The position numbers and the translations under genes were made by a program. A stretch of DNA of 64,000 bases from Planctomycetota bacterium (lineage in GTDB: Bacteria > Planctomycetota > JAJSAM01 > JAJVHW01). The notes under the pieces were generated by a model, which worked only from the letters and a program-made list of their open reading frames with translations, was not told where the DNA came from and did not search any database. The stretch is from assembly GCA_965248445.1 (NCBI GenBank), contig CBDFJG010000003.1, positions 992,001-1,056,000 of the forward strand, given 5' to 3'. Every line of letters begins with the position of its first letter. The stretch's first letter is position 1. This document shows, piece after piece, positions 11,848 through 22,599 of the stretch.

Positions 11848-13160
11848 TGGGCGCCACCATGGGCCACTCGAGCCGGGGTCCCTGGGCCACGCTGTGGTAT
11901 CGCCTGCGCAAGAACCGCGTGGCAATGGCGGGCGGTGTGATCCTCGGCATCCTCTACTTCTGCGCGTGCTTCGCCGGGTGCCTGTCACCCTACAAGTACG
12001 ACGCCAGCAGCCAGGACCGCTCGTTCGTCGGCCCGATGCTGCTCGGCGGCTACGTGCACGAACAGTTCGAGGAGCCGTCCTCCGTCAACCCGGAGCAGAC
12101 GGTCTCCGGTTGGCGCCGGAGCTGGACCTGGCTCGACGGCGGTGTGCACTTCCACGACACGGCGGGCAACTTCACGTTGCGCCCGCATGTGCACCCGCTG
12201 GTTGACAAGGGCTACCGCGACCGGTACGGCGAGATGGAGTACTCCGGCGCGGCGGAGGACCGCTCAGTCAGCGTGCCGATCCGGTTCTTCGTCCCGGGCG
12301 ACGAGCACGAAGTCTTCAGCATCTGCGGCGCGTTGCCCATCTCCGGCAAGACGCACCTGTTCGGCGCGGTGCGGCCGCCGGGAACGACGGACGCCGTCGG
12401 CGTGCACCTGTTCGGCACCGACCAGCAGGGACGCGACCTGTTCTCGCGCATTCTCTACGGCTCCCAGATCAGCCTGTCGGTCGGGCTGCTGGGGATCGCC
12501 GTCTCCATGAGCCTCGGCATGCTCGTCGGCGGCATGGCCGGCTACTTCGGCGGCGGGACCGACACGATCGTCATGCGAATCTGCGAGATCATCATGGCCG
12601 TGCCCGGCCTGTATCTGATCATCGTGGCCGGCGGGATGCTGCGCGAATGGGAGCCGTTCGGCGAACCGCTCACGTCGACGCAGACGTACATGATGATCGT
12701 GCTCGTCATGGCGCTGGTCGGCTGGGCCAGCAACAGCCGCGTGATTCGCGGGATGGTGCTCTCCCTGCGCGAGCGCGACTACGTGCAGGCAGCTCGTGCG
12801 ACGGGCACCCCCACCACGTCCATCGTGGTGAAGCACGTGCTCCCCAACACGTTCTCGTACGCGATCGTGACGGCGACGCTGTACGTGCCGTACTACATCC
12901 TGGGTGAGGTGGCGCTGTCGTTCCTGGGACTCGGCATCCAGGAGCCCGAGGCCTCCTGGGGGAACATGCTCCGGGACGCCCAGCACGCGTTCCAGCTGGT
13001 GGACAACCCCTGGATCATCGTCCCGGGGGTCTTCATCTTCGTGGCGGTCCTGGCCTTCAACTTCCTGGGCGATGGCCTCCGCGATGCGGCCGACCCCAAG
13101 GCTGTCATCTCGCGAAAGGTCCACGGCCTCGACGACGATGAAGAGGGGAGTGCCGCCTAG
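11847..13160 (+). CDS. Peptide ABC transporter permease (OppC/DppC-like)
   Basis: FGTDQQGRDLFSR, SFLGLG, FNFLGDGLRDAADP. Confidence 0.88.
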   Translation: MGATMGHSSRGPWATLWYRLRKNRVAMAGGVILGILYFCACFAGCLSPYKYDASSQDRSFVGPMLLGGYVHEQFEEPSSVNPEQTVSGWRRSWTWLDGGVHFHDTAGNFTLRPHVHPLVDKGYRDRYGEMEYSGAAEDRSVSVPIRFFVPGDEHEVFSICGALPISGKTHLFGAVRPPGTTDAVGVHLFGTDQQGRDLFSRILYGSQISLSVGLLGIAVSMSLGMLVGGMAGYFGGGTDTIVMRICEIIMAVPGLYLIIVAGGMLREWEPFGEPLTSTQTYMMIVLVMALVGWASNSRVIRGMVLSLRERDYVQAARATGTPTTSIVVKHVLPNTFSYAIVTATLYVPYYILGEVALSFLGLGIQEPEASWGNMLRDAQHAFQLVDNPWIIVPGVFIFVAVLAFNFLGDGLRDAADPKAVISRKVHGLDDDEEGSAA

Positions 13161-13296
13161 GCACGCCCCGCTCCGGGATTCGGGTCTGCTCGTAGCGCCC
13201 CAGGCTACGCTTCCCGCGATCTCGGCGGCGGGGCCCGCCGCGAGCCGGAGGACCCGCCACTTGTCCGTCACGCCCGACTCCGTAACACCCAACGCC

Positions 13297-14316
13297 GTGA
13301 CGCCCGCTGCGCTCGCGGCGTTGCGTCGCAAGATCACGGAACGCTACGCCGTGCCCTCGATTCCGCGGGCCGTGTGGCAGCTCGCTGCGACCACAGTCGC
13401 AATGGTGACGTCGTGGTCGCTCGCGAACTGGGCGCTCGACATCTCGCCCTGGCTCACTCTCGCGTTCATCGTGACGACCGCCTTCCTGCTCATCCGGCTG
13501 TTCATCTTCCAGCACGACTGCGGACACGCTTCGTTCCTTCCCTCGCAGCGCGCGTCCGACATCGTCGGTTCGTTCCTCGCCGTCATCACGCTGACGCCCT
13601 ACCTGTACTGGAAGCGGACGCACGCGATGCACCACGCAGGTTCAGGAAACCTCGAGCGCCGCGGCATTGGCGACATCCAGACGTTGACGATCGCCGAGTA
13701 CGAAGCCGCTTCCCCGGCCCGGCGCCTCGGCTACCGGATCTACCGGAACCCGATGCTGCTGCTGTTCATCGGAGCACCGTTCCACTTCCTCGTGTTCCAC
13801 CGCTGGCCGACCAATGTCTCGAAGCGCGACAAGCGCGAACGCCGCGGCGTGATTCTGGCCGACCTCGGCCTGGCGGCCGTCGTCGTCGGCATGTGCGCGC
13901 TCGTCGGCGTCGAGAGGTTCCTCCTCATCCAGCTTCCGGTCTCGTTCATCACGTGTGCCGTCGGCGTCGGGTTGTTCTACGTCCAGCACCAGTTCGAGGA
14001 TGCGTACTGGGAGCACGACGAGACCTGGGAGTTCGAGCGCGCGGGACTCGCGGGCAGCTCGTACTTCCGGATGCCGAAGGTGCTCCAGTGGTTCACCGGC
14101 AACATCGGGATCCACCACATCCACCATCTCTCGAGCAAGATCCCGAACTACCGGCTCGACCGCTGCCTGCGAGAGAACGAAGAGCTGCAGGCCGTACCGA
14201 CGATCGGCGTGTTCGCCAGCCTGCGGTGCCTGTTCCTCAAGCTGTGGGACGAGGAGTCCCGCCGCCTGGTCAGCTTCCGCACCGCCCGCCGTCTTGCGCT
14301 CGCGCGCAACGGCTGA
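13297..14316 (+). CDS. Membrane fatty acid desaturase (start uncertain)
   Basis: Three His boxes (HDCGH, HAMHH, HHIHH) plus IPNY and transmembrane segments. Confidence 0.88.
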   Translation: MTPAALAALRRKITERYAVPSIPRAVWQLAATTVAMVTSWSLANWALDISPWLTLAFIVTTAFLLIRLFIFQHDCGHASFLPSQRASDIVGSFLAVITLTPYLYWKRTHAMHHAGSGNLERRGIGDIQTLTIAEYEAASPARRLGYRIYRNPMLLLFIGAPFHFLVFHRWPTNVSKRDKRERRGVILADLGLAAVVVGMCALVGVERFLLIQLPVSFITCAVGVGLFYVQHQFEDAYWEHDETWEFERAGLAGSSYFRMPKVLQWFTGNIGIHHIHHLSSKIPNYRLDRCLRENEELQAVPTIGVFASLRCLFLKLWDEESRRLVSFRTARRLALARNG

Positions 14317-14319
14317 CGG

Positions 14320-14799
14320 CTAGTCGGTGAGCTGACGCGCCACCGCCGCCGCGACATCGTCGGGCAGCCACCGGCTGGCGTCGCCGCCGTGCCTGATCAC
14401 TTCCTTGATCAATGACGACGACAGGAACGCGTACTCCTCGGACGGCATCACGAAGACCGTGTCCAGGCCGGGCGCCAGGGCGCGATTGGTGAGCGCCATC
14501 TGGAACTCGTACTCGAAGTCGCTGACGGTGCGCAGTCCCCGGAGCAGCGCCGTCAGCCCGTGCTTCTGCGCGTAGTCGACGACCAGCCCCTGGAACGACA
14601 CGACCTCGACGTTCCCGAGGTCTCCCACGTGGCGCTGCAGCGTCGCCGTGCGCTCAGCCACCGTGAACATGGGGTGCTTGCGCGGGTTATCAGCGACGCC
14701 GACGACGAGCCGGTCGAACAACCGCGCGCCCCGTTCCACCACGTCGATGTGGCCGTAGGTCAGCGGATCGAAGGTCCCCGGATAGAGCGCCTCACGCAT
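14320..14799 (-). CDS. coaD: Pantetheine-phosphate adenylyltransferase
   Basis: YPGTFDPLTYGH, RGLRTVSDFEYE, LSSSLIKE; 159 aa from MREALY. Confidence 0.95.
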   Translation of the reverse strand: MREALYPGTFDPLTYGHIDVVERGARLFDRLVVGVADNPRKHPMFTVAERTATLQRHVGDLGNVEVVSFQGLVVDYAQKHGLTALLRGLRTVSDFEYEFQMALTNRALAPGLDTVFVMPSEEYAFLSSSLIKEVIRHGGDASRWLPDDVAAAVARQLTD

Positions 14800-14809
14800 C
14801 AGGGAGACT

Positions 14810-17554
14810 CTAGCGGTACCAGCGCAGAGCGTCGTAATCGAGCTTGCGCCGGCGGGAGAACGGGTCGTCTGTTCCGAACCAGAGGTTCGGGTAGAAGGCG
14901 AACGAGATGGACGAGTTGTCCACCTGGTCGTCGCTGTCGAACTCGATCGCGATGGTGTAGTCGTGCGATCGCCGGTAGATGGTCGCTGTCGTGCGCAACC
15001 GGTTGTCACTGCGCGTGTTCTGCTGTGTCTGCAGCCCAACGGCCCACTTGTCAGTGATCCTGGCATCGCCGCGCACCGTGAAGATGCGCGAGTCGTTGAT
15101 GATCGCGCGGCGGCCGACGTACAGCTGCGCACGGTCGTTCCAGCGGTACTGCAATCCGATCGCCGACGTCTCCACGTCGTGCCGGTCGATGTCGTAGTCC
15201 AACTCGCCCGCCAGCCAGAGACTGCGCGCGAGGCGCATGCGCAGCCGGTGCTGGTGGAAGGCCGAGCCGTGCCGCTTGCGGCCGGCAAACTTGTCCTGGG
15301 CCGTCAAGTCCAGACGTTGGAGCGGAGTCGGGAGATCCTCGCGGAAGCCGAGCAGTGACTTGCGCTGGACGAACTCGTCGATGAAGTGCAGGAACCGCGC
15401 CTCGTAGTCCAGCCAATCGACCATCTCGCTGCCGTCCTTGGTCTGCAGCCGGTTGCGGAGGCGCAAGCTCGCGGTCTCCACCTCGTAGAGCTCGTCGTTC
15501 ATGTCGTTCGTCTGGAACTCGAACGGGTCTTCGCTCGCCTCGAAGCGATTGAAGTACTGCGCGTCGATGTTCACGACGTGGCGGAGCCCTGCGAGTCCAA
15601 ACACATCACTTGTGACGTCAGGGTACTCACGGCTGGCCGTCGTTCCGGCACGCAAGCCGCCGTGGAAGCCCACCCGGCCCTCGTAGCCGCCGCGGTCCGT
15701 CTGGAGGAACCCGTTACGGTCGTCCATCCCGATGGCCGAGCCGCCGAGACTCGGGGTCACCACGATCGGACCCAGCATGAAGGGCGCGGTGACGCGCGCC
15801 TGGATGTCCGCCCTGAGGGTGCCTTCGCCACGCCAACCCGCGAACGCGCGCCGCAGCCGCCGCGCCAGCACGTCGTCGTAGCGGCGCTTCACGTAGTCGA
15901 CGCTCGCTTGCGCGGAGAGGTTCACCGGTGCGAACCCCGTCTGGCCGCGCGTGAAGATGGGCTCGTTCACGAGGTGGTACTCGACGCGCGGTAGGTAGTC
16001 GGTCTGCGTCGCGTAGTCGGTCGTCAGGATGTCGCCCGGCCGCCGCCGCAAAGCCGAGGTCTCGTCGTTGATGCGGTGGGAAGCCAGGATCGAGAGCCCA
16101 TGGTTGCCCCACAGCCGGCGGGCACGCAGGTACGTCTCCTGCTGCTTCCCGGTCTGCGCCTCCTGCGGGTAGTACTCGGGCAAGAACCCGCGGTCGGAGT
16201 AGTACGCGATCTCGCCGTCGAGGCGCCAACCGTCCGGGATCATGCCGCCCTGCCCGCCGTGGTGGCGGAAGCGCGTCCGGAAGCGTCCGCGGTCGTTGCG
16301 CGTCTCACCCCGTGCCGTGCCGTCGAACGCGCGCTCGCTGAACTCGTCCTCACGAGCGCTGTCCCGCTGGTAGTAGCCGGACCCGCGCACCCAGTCGGTC
16401 TCCGTCCCGGCTCCGCGATCGGGACCCTCGAGTTCGAGGTCCGCGCCCAGACCCCAGCCACGCCTGCTGCGGTAATCGGTGTGGACCTGCCAATCGCCGA
16501 TCTCACGACCGTCCGCCAGCCGGATCTTGCTGCCCCATAGCACCTCGACCGCTGTGCCGAATCGCTTCGAGCCCTCGACGGTGACGTTGCGCAGTGGCGC
16601 GATGTCGAACGCTTGACCGCCGACTCTCGGCACCGTCAGAATCGTCGTGTCCGTCCCCAGCAGGGTGTCCGCCTGGAGCGCCGGCCACGGCGCGGTCTCG
16701 AAGACGGCTTGCGGCTGCGAGAAGTCCACCGTCACGGAGTCGGTCGTGAAGTGGTAGTGCGGGTCCTCGTAACTGCACGTCGAGAGCGACGCGTCCTCGG
16801 CCTCGTACTTGCTCTCGGCCGTCCCGCGAATCACCTTCGCGCGCACCGCGAGCGGGAGCGCATCGCGCCCGCTGCGGTCGAACGTCCCGTGCAACTCACC
16901 GTCGACCATGTACGCGCGGTTCTGCGCGAAGTCGATCAGGAGACGTTGCGCCTCGACGGTGTGGCCGGAGCGCGCCATGAACACGTCGCCCTCGGCGTAG
17001 ATGGCGTGAATCACCGGTCCGAGCACGGTTCGTGCGTCCGTGCCGGGCTGCTCCGTCGCTGGACGGCGACGCAGCGTGCCCATCAGCTTGTCTTGGTCGG
17101 CCGTGCCCCAGATGACGACGCCCTTGCATCGCAGCTCCAACTCGGGCAGGCGGATCCAGATCGGCTGGCCTACGCCGCCGACGGCGTAGACGACGCGTTC
17201 GTCGCCGACGATCGGGCCGCTGAACGTGTCCCCGAGCACGGCGCCGTAGAAGTCTGGCGACGTGGGGTCGACGCGCGGGCGGGTCGAGCCGCCGGTCGAT
17301 GGCACGACACCGCCAGAATTGGGCCGAGGAGCGGTACTGGGCCGAGCGGTACTGGGCGGCATCGGCACCGGGCCCCGGGTGGGTGCACGCGGCGGCAGAG
17401 GCGCCGGACGCCCGGACGGAGCCCTGTCCGCGACCGGCGGCGGCAGCGGCGCAGGCTGATCGTCAGCCCGTACGGGTACCGCGGCGGCGAGCATCGCCGC
17501 GACGACTGTTCCCTTCCACACGGCGACTCGACCGCCGGGCGCCCTCATACCCAT
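14810..17554 (-). CDS. lptD: LptD-like outer-membrane LPS assembly protein
   Basis: Signal peptide, Pro-rich linker, OstA-like jellyroll segment (IYAEGDV...), STC...PHYHF, SDRGFLPEYY and a long amphipathic beta-strand C-terminus. Confidence 0.65.
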   Translation of the reverse strand: MGMRAPGGRVAVWKGTVVAAMLAAAVPVRADDQPAPLPPPVADRAPSGRPAPLPPRAPTRGPVPMPPSTARPSTAPRPNSGGVVPSTGGSTRPRVDPTSPDFYGAVLGDTFSGPIVGDERVVYAVGGVGQPIWIRLPELELRCKGVVIWGTADQDKLMGTLRRRPATEQPGTDARTVLGPVIHAIYAEGDVFMARSGHTVEAQRLLIDFAQNRAYMVDGELHGTFDRSGRDALPLAVRAKVIRGTAESKYEAEDASLSTCSYEDPHYHFTTDSVTVDFSQPQAVFETAPWPALQADTLLGTDTTILTVPRVGGQAFDIAPLRNVTVEGSKRFGTAVEVLWGSKIRLADGREIGDWQVHTDYRSRRGWGLGADLELEGPDRGAGTETDWVRGSGYYQRDSAREDEFSERAFDGTARGETRNDRGRFRTRFRHHGGQGGMIPDGWRLDGEIAYYSDRGFLPEYYPQEAQTGKQQETYLRARRLWGNHGLSILASHRINDETSALRRRPGDILTTDYATQTDYLPRVEYHLVNEPIFTRGQTGFAPVNLSAQASVDYVKRRYDDVLARRLRRAFAGWRGEGTLRADIQARVTAPFMLGPIVVTPSLGGSAIGMDDRNGFLQTDRGGYEGRVGFHGGLRAGTTASREYPDVTSDVFGLAGLRHVVNIDAQYFNRFEASEDPFEFQTNDMNDELYEVETASLRLRNRLQTKDGSEMVDWLDYEARFLHFIDEFVQRKSLLGFREDLPTPLQRLDLTAQDKFAGRKRHGSAFHQHRLRMRLARSLWLAGELDYDIDRHDVETSAIGLQYRWNDRAQLYVGRRAIINDSRIFTVRGDARITDKWAVGLQTQQNTRSDNRLRTTATIYRRSHDYTIAIEFDSDDQVDNSSISFAFYPNLWFGTDDPFSRRRKLDYDALRWYR

Positions 17555-17688
17555 CCACGCCTCCCCGCCTTCATCGCGGCATCCGGGTGCGGAGTCTAAC
17601 CCGTGGGTGGCGCTCGGGCGTCAGCCCCTCCTGACGGAAATGGGCGCTCCGAACGCGACCGCGCGGCCACGGGCGGCGTCCTCCTGGC

Positions 17689-20077
17689 GTGCCCCTTCGA
17701 AGTACCCGTCTGCCCGCCGCCCCGGTTCTCGCCGCGGGACTCCTGGCGGGTGCCGCGAGCGTTCCCACCGGCCCCGTGGGACCCGTCGTCGGCCTCCTAT
17801 CTGCGCCCCTGCTCGTCCTGGCCGCCGGCGGGGCCCTGCGACTCGGAGCGCGCTCCCGTCACGGCCTCCTGGCCGCTCTGGCGCTTTCGGCGGCCGCCGC
17901 AGGCGCGGTGCGAGCAGCCGCCGCTCAGGCGCCGCGGCCACCACCCGGGCTGGACACCGGTCCGGGACGCCTCGAGCTGATCGTGACGCGCGCCTCGCCG
18001 GCCGTGGCGGCCGGCCGTGCCCCTTCAACACCGGGCGCCGCCGCCTGGGTCGCGGGACGGCAGGCGGGACCACGGGGCGCCGCAGAGGGACCGGTCATCC
18101 GGGTGCGCATTCCGCAGTCAGAGGGTCTCCGGCGGACCGGCCGGCGGGCGCCCGTCCGCCCGGGGGAGCGCGCCCTGGTCAGCTTCGGCTCGTTGCGGAC
18201 CGTCGACTCGGGCGCCCATGCGGGCGCACACCGAGCGCCGCGCCTGATCGCACACGTCGCCGGACCGGATTCGCTGCGACCCGTCGGCCGGGCGCCGTCG
18301 CCGTTCGCCCCCCTGCTGCGCCTGTCAGCGCGGGCGCGGAGCGGAGTCCGCACGCGGCTGACGCAGGCGACAGGAGATCGCGGCTCCGCCGCCGTCCTGG
18401 CGTGTCTCTTGGTAGGCGACCGCGACGGGATCCCGCCGTCGCTCCGCTCCGCGTTCCGACGGGCGGGCCTGGCGCACCTGCTCGCGGTCAGCGGCCTCCA
18501 CGTCGTGCTCCTGGCGCGGGTGGCGGAGGCGCTGCTGGCCGCGGCTCTCTCCACGCGCGTGCGGCCGCGACGACGGGAACTCGTGCTCGCGGCGGTGCTC
18601 CTGCCGGCACTGACCGCCTACGCCTTGCTCTGCGGACTCGCGCTGCCGGTCGTGCGGGCCTGCGTGTTCCTGGTGGTCGCACGGATAGCGCGCTGCGTCC
18701 GGCGGCGCAGCACGACACTCGATCATCTAGCGGTGGCTGCGACCATCATGATCATCGCAGCACCGGGCGAGAGTCGTGCGCCGGGCTTCCACCTGTCCTT
18801 TGCTGCGGTCGCCGGTCTGGCCCTGCTCACTCCGCGGTTCGAGGAGGCGCTGTTCCCGGGCCTCGCGGTCTTGCGCGCATTCCCCGCGGCGGTGCCGCGC
18901 TGGCGCCTGCGGGTCCACACGTTCTTCGCCCGGGCTGTGTCGGCTGCACTCGCAGCGCACGTCGGCGCAGCGCCGGTCGTGGCCGCCGCGTTCGGCGACG
19001 TGCACCTCGTCGGCCCGCTGGCGAACGTCCCGGCGGTCGCGCTGACGGCGTGGCTGCTCCCCGCAGCCGCTGTCGGTGCTCTGTGCGGCGGACTCCTGCC
19101 ACGTCCCGGGGGTGCACTGCTTCGCGTCGCGACGGACGCGCTCGAGGGCCTCGCGAAGAACGGCCGCTGCCGTACCCCACGCCACGCTCTCGCCCGGTAG
19201 CCCCCCCGTCGTCTCACTCGCCGCGGCGATCGCGCTCCTGTTGTACGCAGCGAGCCGCGGGCGCTGGACCCGAGTCCACCTGCTGTTGCCGCTCGGCGCA
19301 CTGCTCCTTCTCTCTCTCGGGTCGAACCCACTCCGGTCGGGCAGCCCCGACACAGGCATAACCGTGCTGCCCGTGGGACATGGGCAGGCGGTACTGCTCC
19401 GCGCGGGTGGCACGAACGTCCTGGTCGACGCCGGCTCGCGGCTTCCGTCGGTCGCCGCGCGGCGCATCGTGACCTCGTTGGGTCGCGCCGGGGTGCGACA
19501 CCTGGATGCGCTGGTTCTCTCGCACGAGGACGCCGACCATTGCGGTGCGGTCGCGGCCCTCCTGGCGCTTGTGTCCGTGGATCGTGCACTCGTGCCCGCC
19601 GGGTTCGGGGGCGACGCAACGGCTGAAGCCGCTCTCGCGGCGCTCCACGACGCCGGCGTGCCCGTCTCGCGGATCGGGCGCAACGACGTTCACGAGTGGC
19701 CGTCGCTGACTCTTCGAGCGCTCCATCCGCGCGCGGACCGCCCGGGTCCGGTCGGCAACGAGGGCTCGCTCGTGCTCCACGCGCGACTCCTGCTCGATGA
19801 CGGCGAACTGAGCGTGTTGCTTCCGGCCGACGTCGAGGGACTGGCGCTGACCACCCTCGCCCGTGACCCCACTCTTCCCCGTTCGGACGTGCTCCTGCTG
19901 CCCCATCACGGTCGCGGCCCGCCGCGGCAACTGCGTGCGCTGGCCCGGCGGGTCGGCGCGCGGCACCTGATCGCGAGCGCCGCCACAGCAGCGGACGTAT
20001 CGCTGCGCGACGTGCACGTCACGGGACGCGACGGCACGATTCACGTAGACCTCGACGGACTGAGAACCGGGCGCTGA
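17689..20077 (+). pseudogene. comEC: ComEC/Rec2 competence protein split by a +1 frameshift near 19155-19160
   Basis: ORF 17689-19200 has HLLAVSGLHV and GFHLSF. ORF 19076-20077 has the MBL-fold motifs VGHGQA, SHEDADH, NEGSLVL, PHHG. The two frames differ by 1 nt. Confidence 0.8.
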
Positions 20078-20728
20078 TCAGCGCAGGACGCCGACCCAGA
20101 GGCCGTCGCCGATCGGCACGATCACGCTCTCCACGCGGTGCTCTGCCGCCATGCGCTCGTTGAAGGCGATGACTGCCGGCACCTCCCGGTCGGTCGGGTG
20201 CTCCTGGAACAACTGCCCGAACGCGAACGCATTGTCGACCATGACCAGACCCCCCGGACGGAGTATCCGCAGGCACTCGGTCAGGTACACGTCGTAGCCC
20301 GACTTATCGGCGTCGAGGAAGCAGGCATCCGCCGACCGGTCCTCGAGCGTCGGGAGCACCGCGCGCGCGTCGCCACGCAGAACGTCCACGCGCCCGGCGA
20401 CGTCTGACCGGGCGATCCACTCGTCGGCGAAGTCCGCGTGCGCGTCCAGCAGTTCGAGGGTGCGCACACGGCCGTCCGGCGGGAGCGCGCGCGCCATCGC
20501 GATGGCGGAGTAGCCGGCGAGCGTTCCGACCTCGACGACTTCGCGCGCACCGCGCAGCCGCAGGAGGATCTGCATCAGCGCCGCTTGCTCGGGCGAAACC
20601 CAGATGGCTGGGATTCCAGCGGACTGCGCAGCGGTCTTCAGATCCCGGAGGAAGTCGCCCTCGTCCGTCGTGCGCTCGCGGATGTACGCGAAGTGCCGGT
20701 CGGTGACCCGCGTGGACTCTTCGGACAC
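20078..20728 (-). CDS. Class I SAM-dependent O-methyltransferase (caffeoyl-CoA OMT/TrmR-like)
   Basis: VEVGTLAGYS, FLDADK, LRPGGLVMVDN, PIGDGL. Confidence 0.9.
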   Translation of the reverse strand: MSEESTRVTDRHFAYIRERTTDEGDFLRDLKTAAQSAGIPAIWVSPEQAALMQILLRLRGAREVVEVGTLAGYSAIAMARALPPDGRVRTLELLDAHADFADEWIARSDVAGRVDVLRGDARAVLPTLEDRSADACFLDADKSGYDVYLTECLRILRPGGLVMVDNAFAFGQLFQEHPTDREVPAVIAFNERMAAEHRVESVIVPIGDGLWVGVLR

Positions 20729-20831
20729 GTCATGCCTCCCTTGGCGTCACGCGCCGTGCTGAACGACGCCGCCGGGATCGTCCTCGACTCACGGCCTCGA
20801 TTGATGCGAAATCGGGAGCGGAGGATCCGCC

Positions 20832-21194
20832 ATGGCCCACACCCCGACGCTCGCCGACCTCACCACAGCCGTACGCCGCTTCCGCGACGACCGCAACTGG
20901 AAGCAGTTCCACACTCCGAAAGACCTCGCTATCTCGATCGTCCTGGAGGCGTCGGAGTTGCTCGAGCAGTTCCAGTGGAAGACGGACGACGCGGTTCGAG
21001 CGCACCTGGCGGACTCTGCCGGACGGGCCGCCGTCACAGACGAGCTGGCGGACGTGCTGCTTCTGCTCGTGAACGCCGCTGACGTGCTGGAGGTCGATCT
21101 GCTGCCGGCCGCGTTCGACAAGCTCGCGCGCAACGCGGCGAAGTACCCCGTCGAGAAGTCGCGGGGCAACGCGCAGAAGTACGACTCGCTCTGA
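20832..21194 (+). CDS. MazG-like nucleotide pyrophosphohydrolase (dCTP pyrophosphatase-like)
   Basis: RNWKQFHTPKDL, EASELLEQFQW, DELADV, NAAKYP. Confidence 0.88.
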   Translation: MAHTPTLADLTTAVRRFRDDRNWKQFHTPKDLAISIVLEASELLEQFQWKTDDAVRAHLADSAGRAAVTDELADVLLLLVNAADVLEVDLLPAAFDKLARNAAKYPVEKSRGNAQKYDSL

Positions 21195-21200
21195 CCTGGG

Positions 21201-22484
21201 CTACTGCCGCACGTCCGGTTCGTGGCGGATGCTCACCACGGCCGTGCCGCCGTTGGCCAGGTTGGCCATCGGCAGCAGGAACCGTCGCGAGTTGAGCGGC
21301 GCACCAGCGGCGTGCGTGTGAACGACCGGCACCTCCAGAGTGACGGCGGGGCCGTCACCTGAGAACCGGGTGGTGTACGGCACCCAGTTCGGCGACACGA
21401 GCCACACCACCTCGAGTGCGCCGTCCGCTGTGACGCGCGCGGTGTATCCGCTCTCGAGCGTCGCGACCACGGGTTGGAACACGTTGGGAAGTCCGGCGGC
21501 GTCGCTCCTGGCATCCGGGCTCACCTTGCCCGGCTCGTACCCGCCCACGTAGCTCTCCATCAGGACGACTCGTGCGTGAGAGCCGGGGACGTCGACCAGC
21601 CGCGACGCCGCGAGGGCTTGCATGTCCCCGAACTGCCGCTCGTCCCAGTGGATCGGCGTGCCCGGTACGAGATGCTGGCGCGCCGTCCACGCGCCGACTT
21701 CCAGTGTGTTCGCCCGCCCGCTCCGCACCGCGAGCGCGTCGAGCAGCGCGCGCAACTCCGCGACGTCCTCGTCGTCGCCGAAGTCGAGTACGTCGTCCGG
21801 AGGGTCGATGTTCTCGGCCGCACGCACGGTGATGCTCCCCCGGCCGCGCCGTCCGACCGACGTCGTCGCGAACCAGCGCTTCTCGCCCGGAGTCAGCCGC
21901 AGTGCCCCGGCCACCTCCTCCACGATCAACTTGGGGATCTGGATCGTCCCGCCGGGGGCGCCCTTCTGGAACGCCACACTCCGGAGCGGGATCGGATGCT
22001 GGAGGTCAGTTGCCGTCAGTCGGTAGGCGACGTCGATCTTCCCGTCGTCCGACGGCGCGGACCGTACGACGTACTCGATAAGCAGACCGTCCTGGATCAC
22101 ACCGACGATCGGATCCGAGACCCACGCTCCGTGCGTGCGCTCGACCTCGAAGGTCTGCACGAACGATGTCTGGTTCGCGACGGATACGTTGGCCGCCTGG
22201 TCCTCGAACAGAGTGACCCGCGGCGCGGTCAGCGTCGTGCCCTCGGACGAGAGGACCTCGACCGAGACCTCGAACATGCGCGACGAACGCCCGGCCTGCG
22301 CGGGCGCCGACGCGCGAGGCAGGTCGAGCGCTCCGGCGGCCGCAGTCCCCACGGTCGCTCCGTGCGGCACCGTGTCCAGCGAGACCAGCGCGGGGACGGC
22401 ACCGCGCTCGGCCCGATCGCTCCCGCAGCCGGCAAGGAGGCCAAGCCCGGCCAGGGGGATCAGGACGGCCGACGCCATGCGCAT
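21201..22484 (-). CDS. Hypothetical lipoprotein with secretin-like sequence segments
   Basis: Lipobox LLAGC. APRVTLFEDQAANVSV...SFVQTFEVE...DPIVGVIQDG resembles secretin gate motifs. Confidence 0.6.
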   Translation of the reverse strand: MRMASAVLIPLAGLGLLAGCGSDRAERGAVPALVSLDTVPHGATVGTAAAGALDLPRASAPAQAGRSSRMFEVSVEVLSSEGTTLTAPRVTLFEDQAANVSVANQTSFVQTFEVERTHGAWVSDPIVGVIQDGLLIEYVVRSAPSDDGKIDVAYRLTATDLQHPIPLRSVAFQKGAPGGTIQIPKLIVEEVAGALRLTPGEKRWFATTSVGRRGRGSITVRAAENIDPPDDVLDFGDDEDVAELRALLDALAVRSGRANTLEVGAWTARQHLVPGTPIHWDERQFGDMQALAASRLVDVPGSHARVVLMESYVGGYEPGKVSPDARSDAAGLPNVFQPVVATLESGYTARVTADGALEVVWLVSPNWVPYTTRFSGDGPAVTLEVPVVHTHAAGAPLNSRRFLLPMANLANGGTAVVSIRHEPDVRQ

Positions 22485-22599
22485 CCCGGCACGTTCCCGG
22501 CACGCGGTCACGCCGCGGTCATTCGATCCGTCATGGCCTGTTTCGGCCGCTCGCGGACCTCACCGTGAGCGGCGCCGGGCCGCTGTAGCATCCGGAGCC

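Noticed and set aside
17329..17357. 15-bp duplication in the lptD-like gene (PSTAR/PSTAP)
   Set aside because: Ordinary in-frame slippage in a Pro-rich linker.
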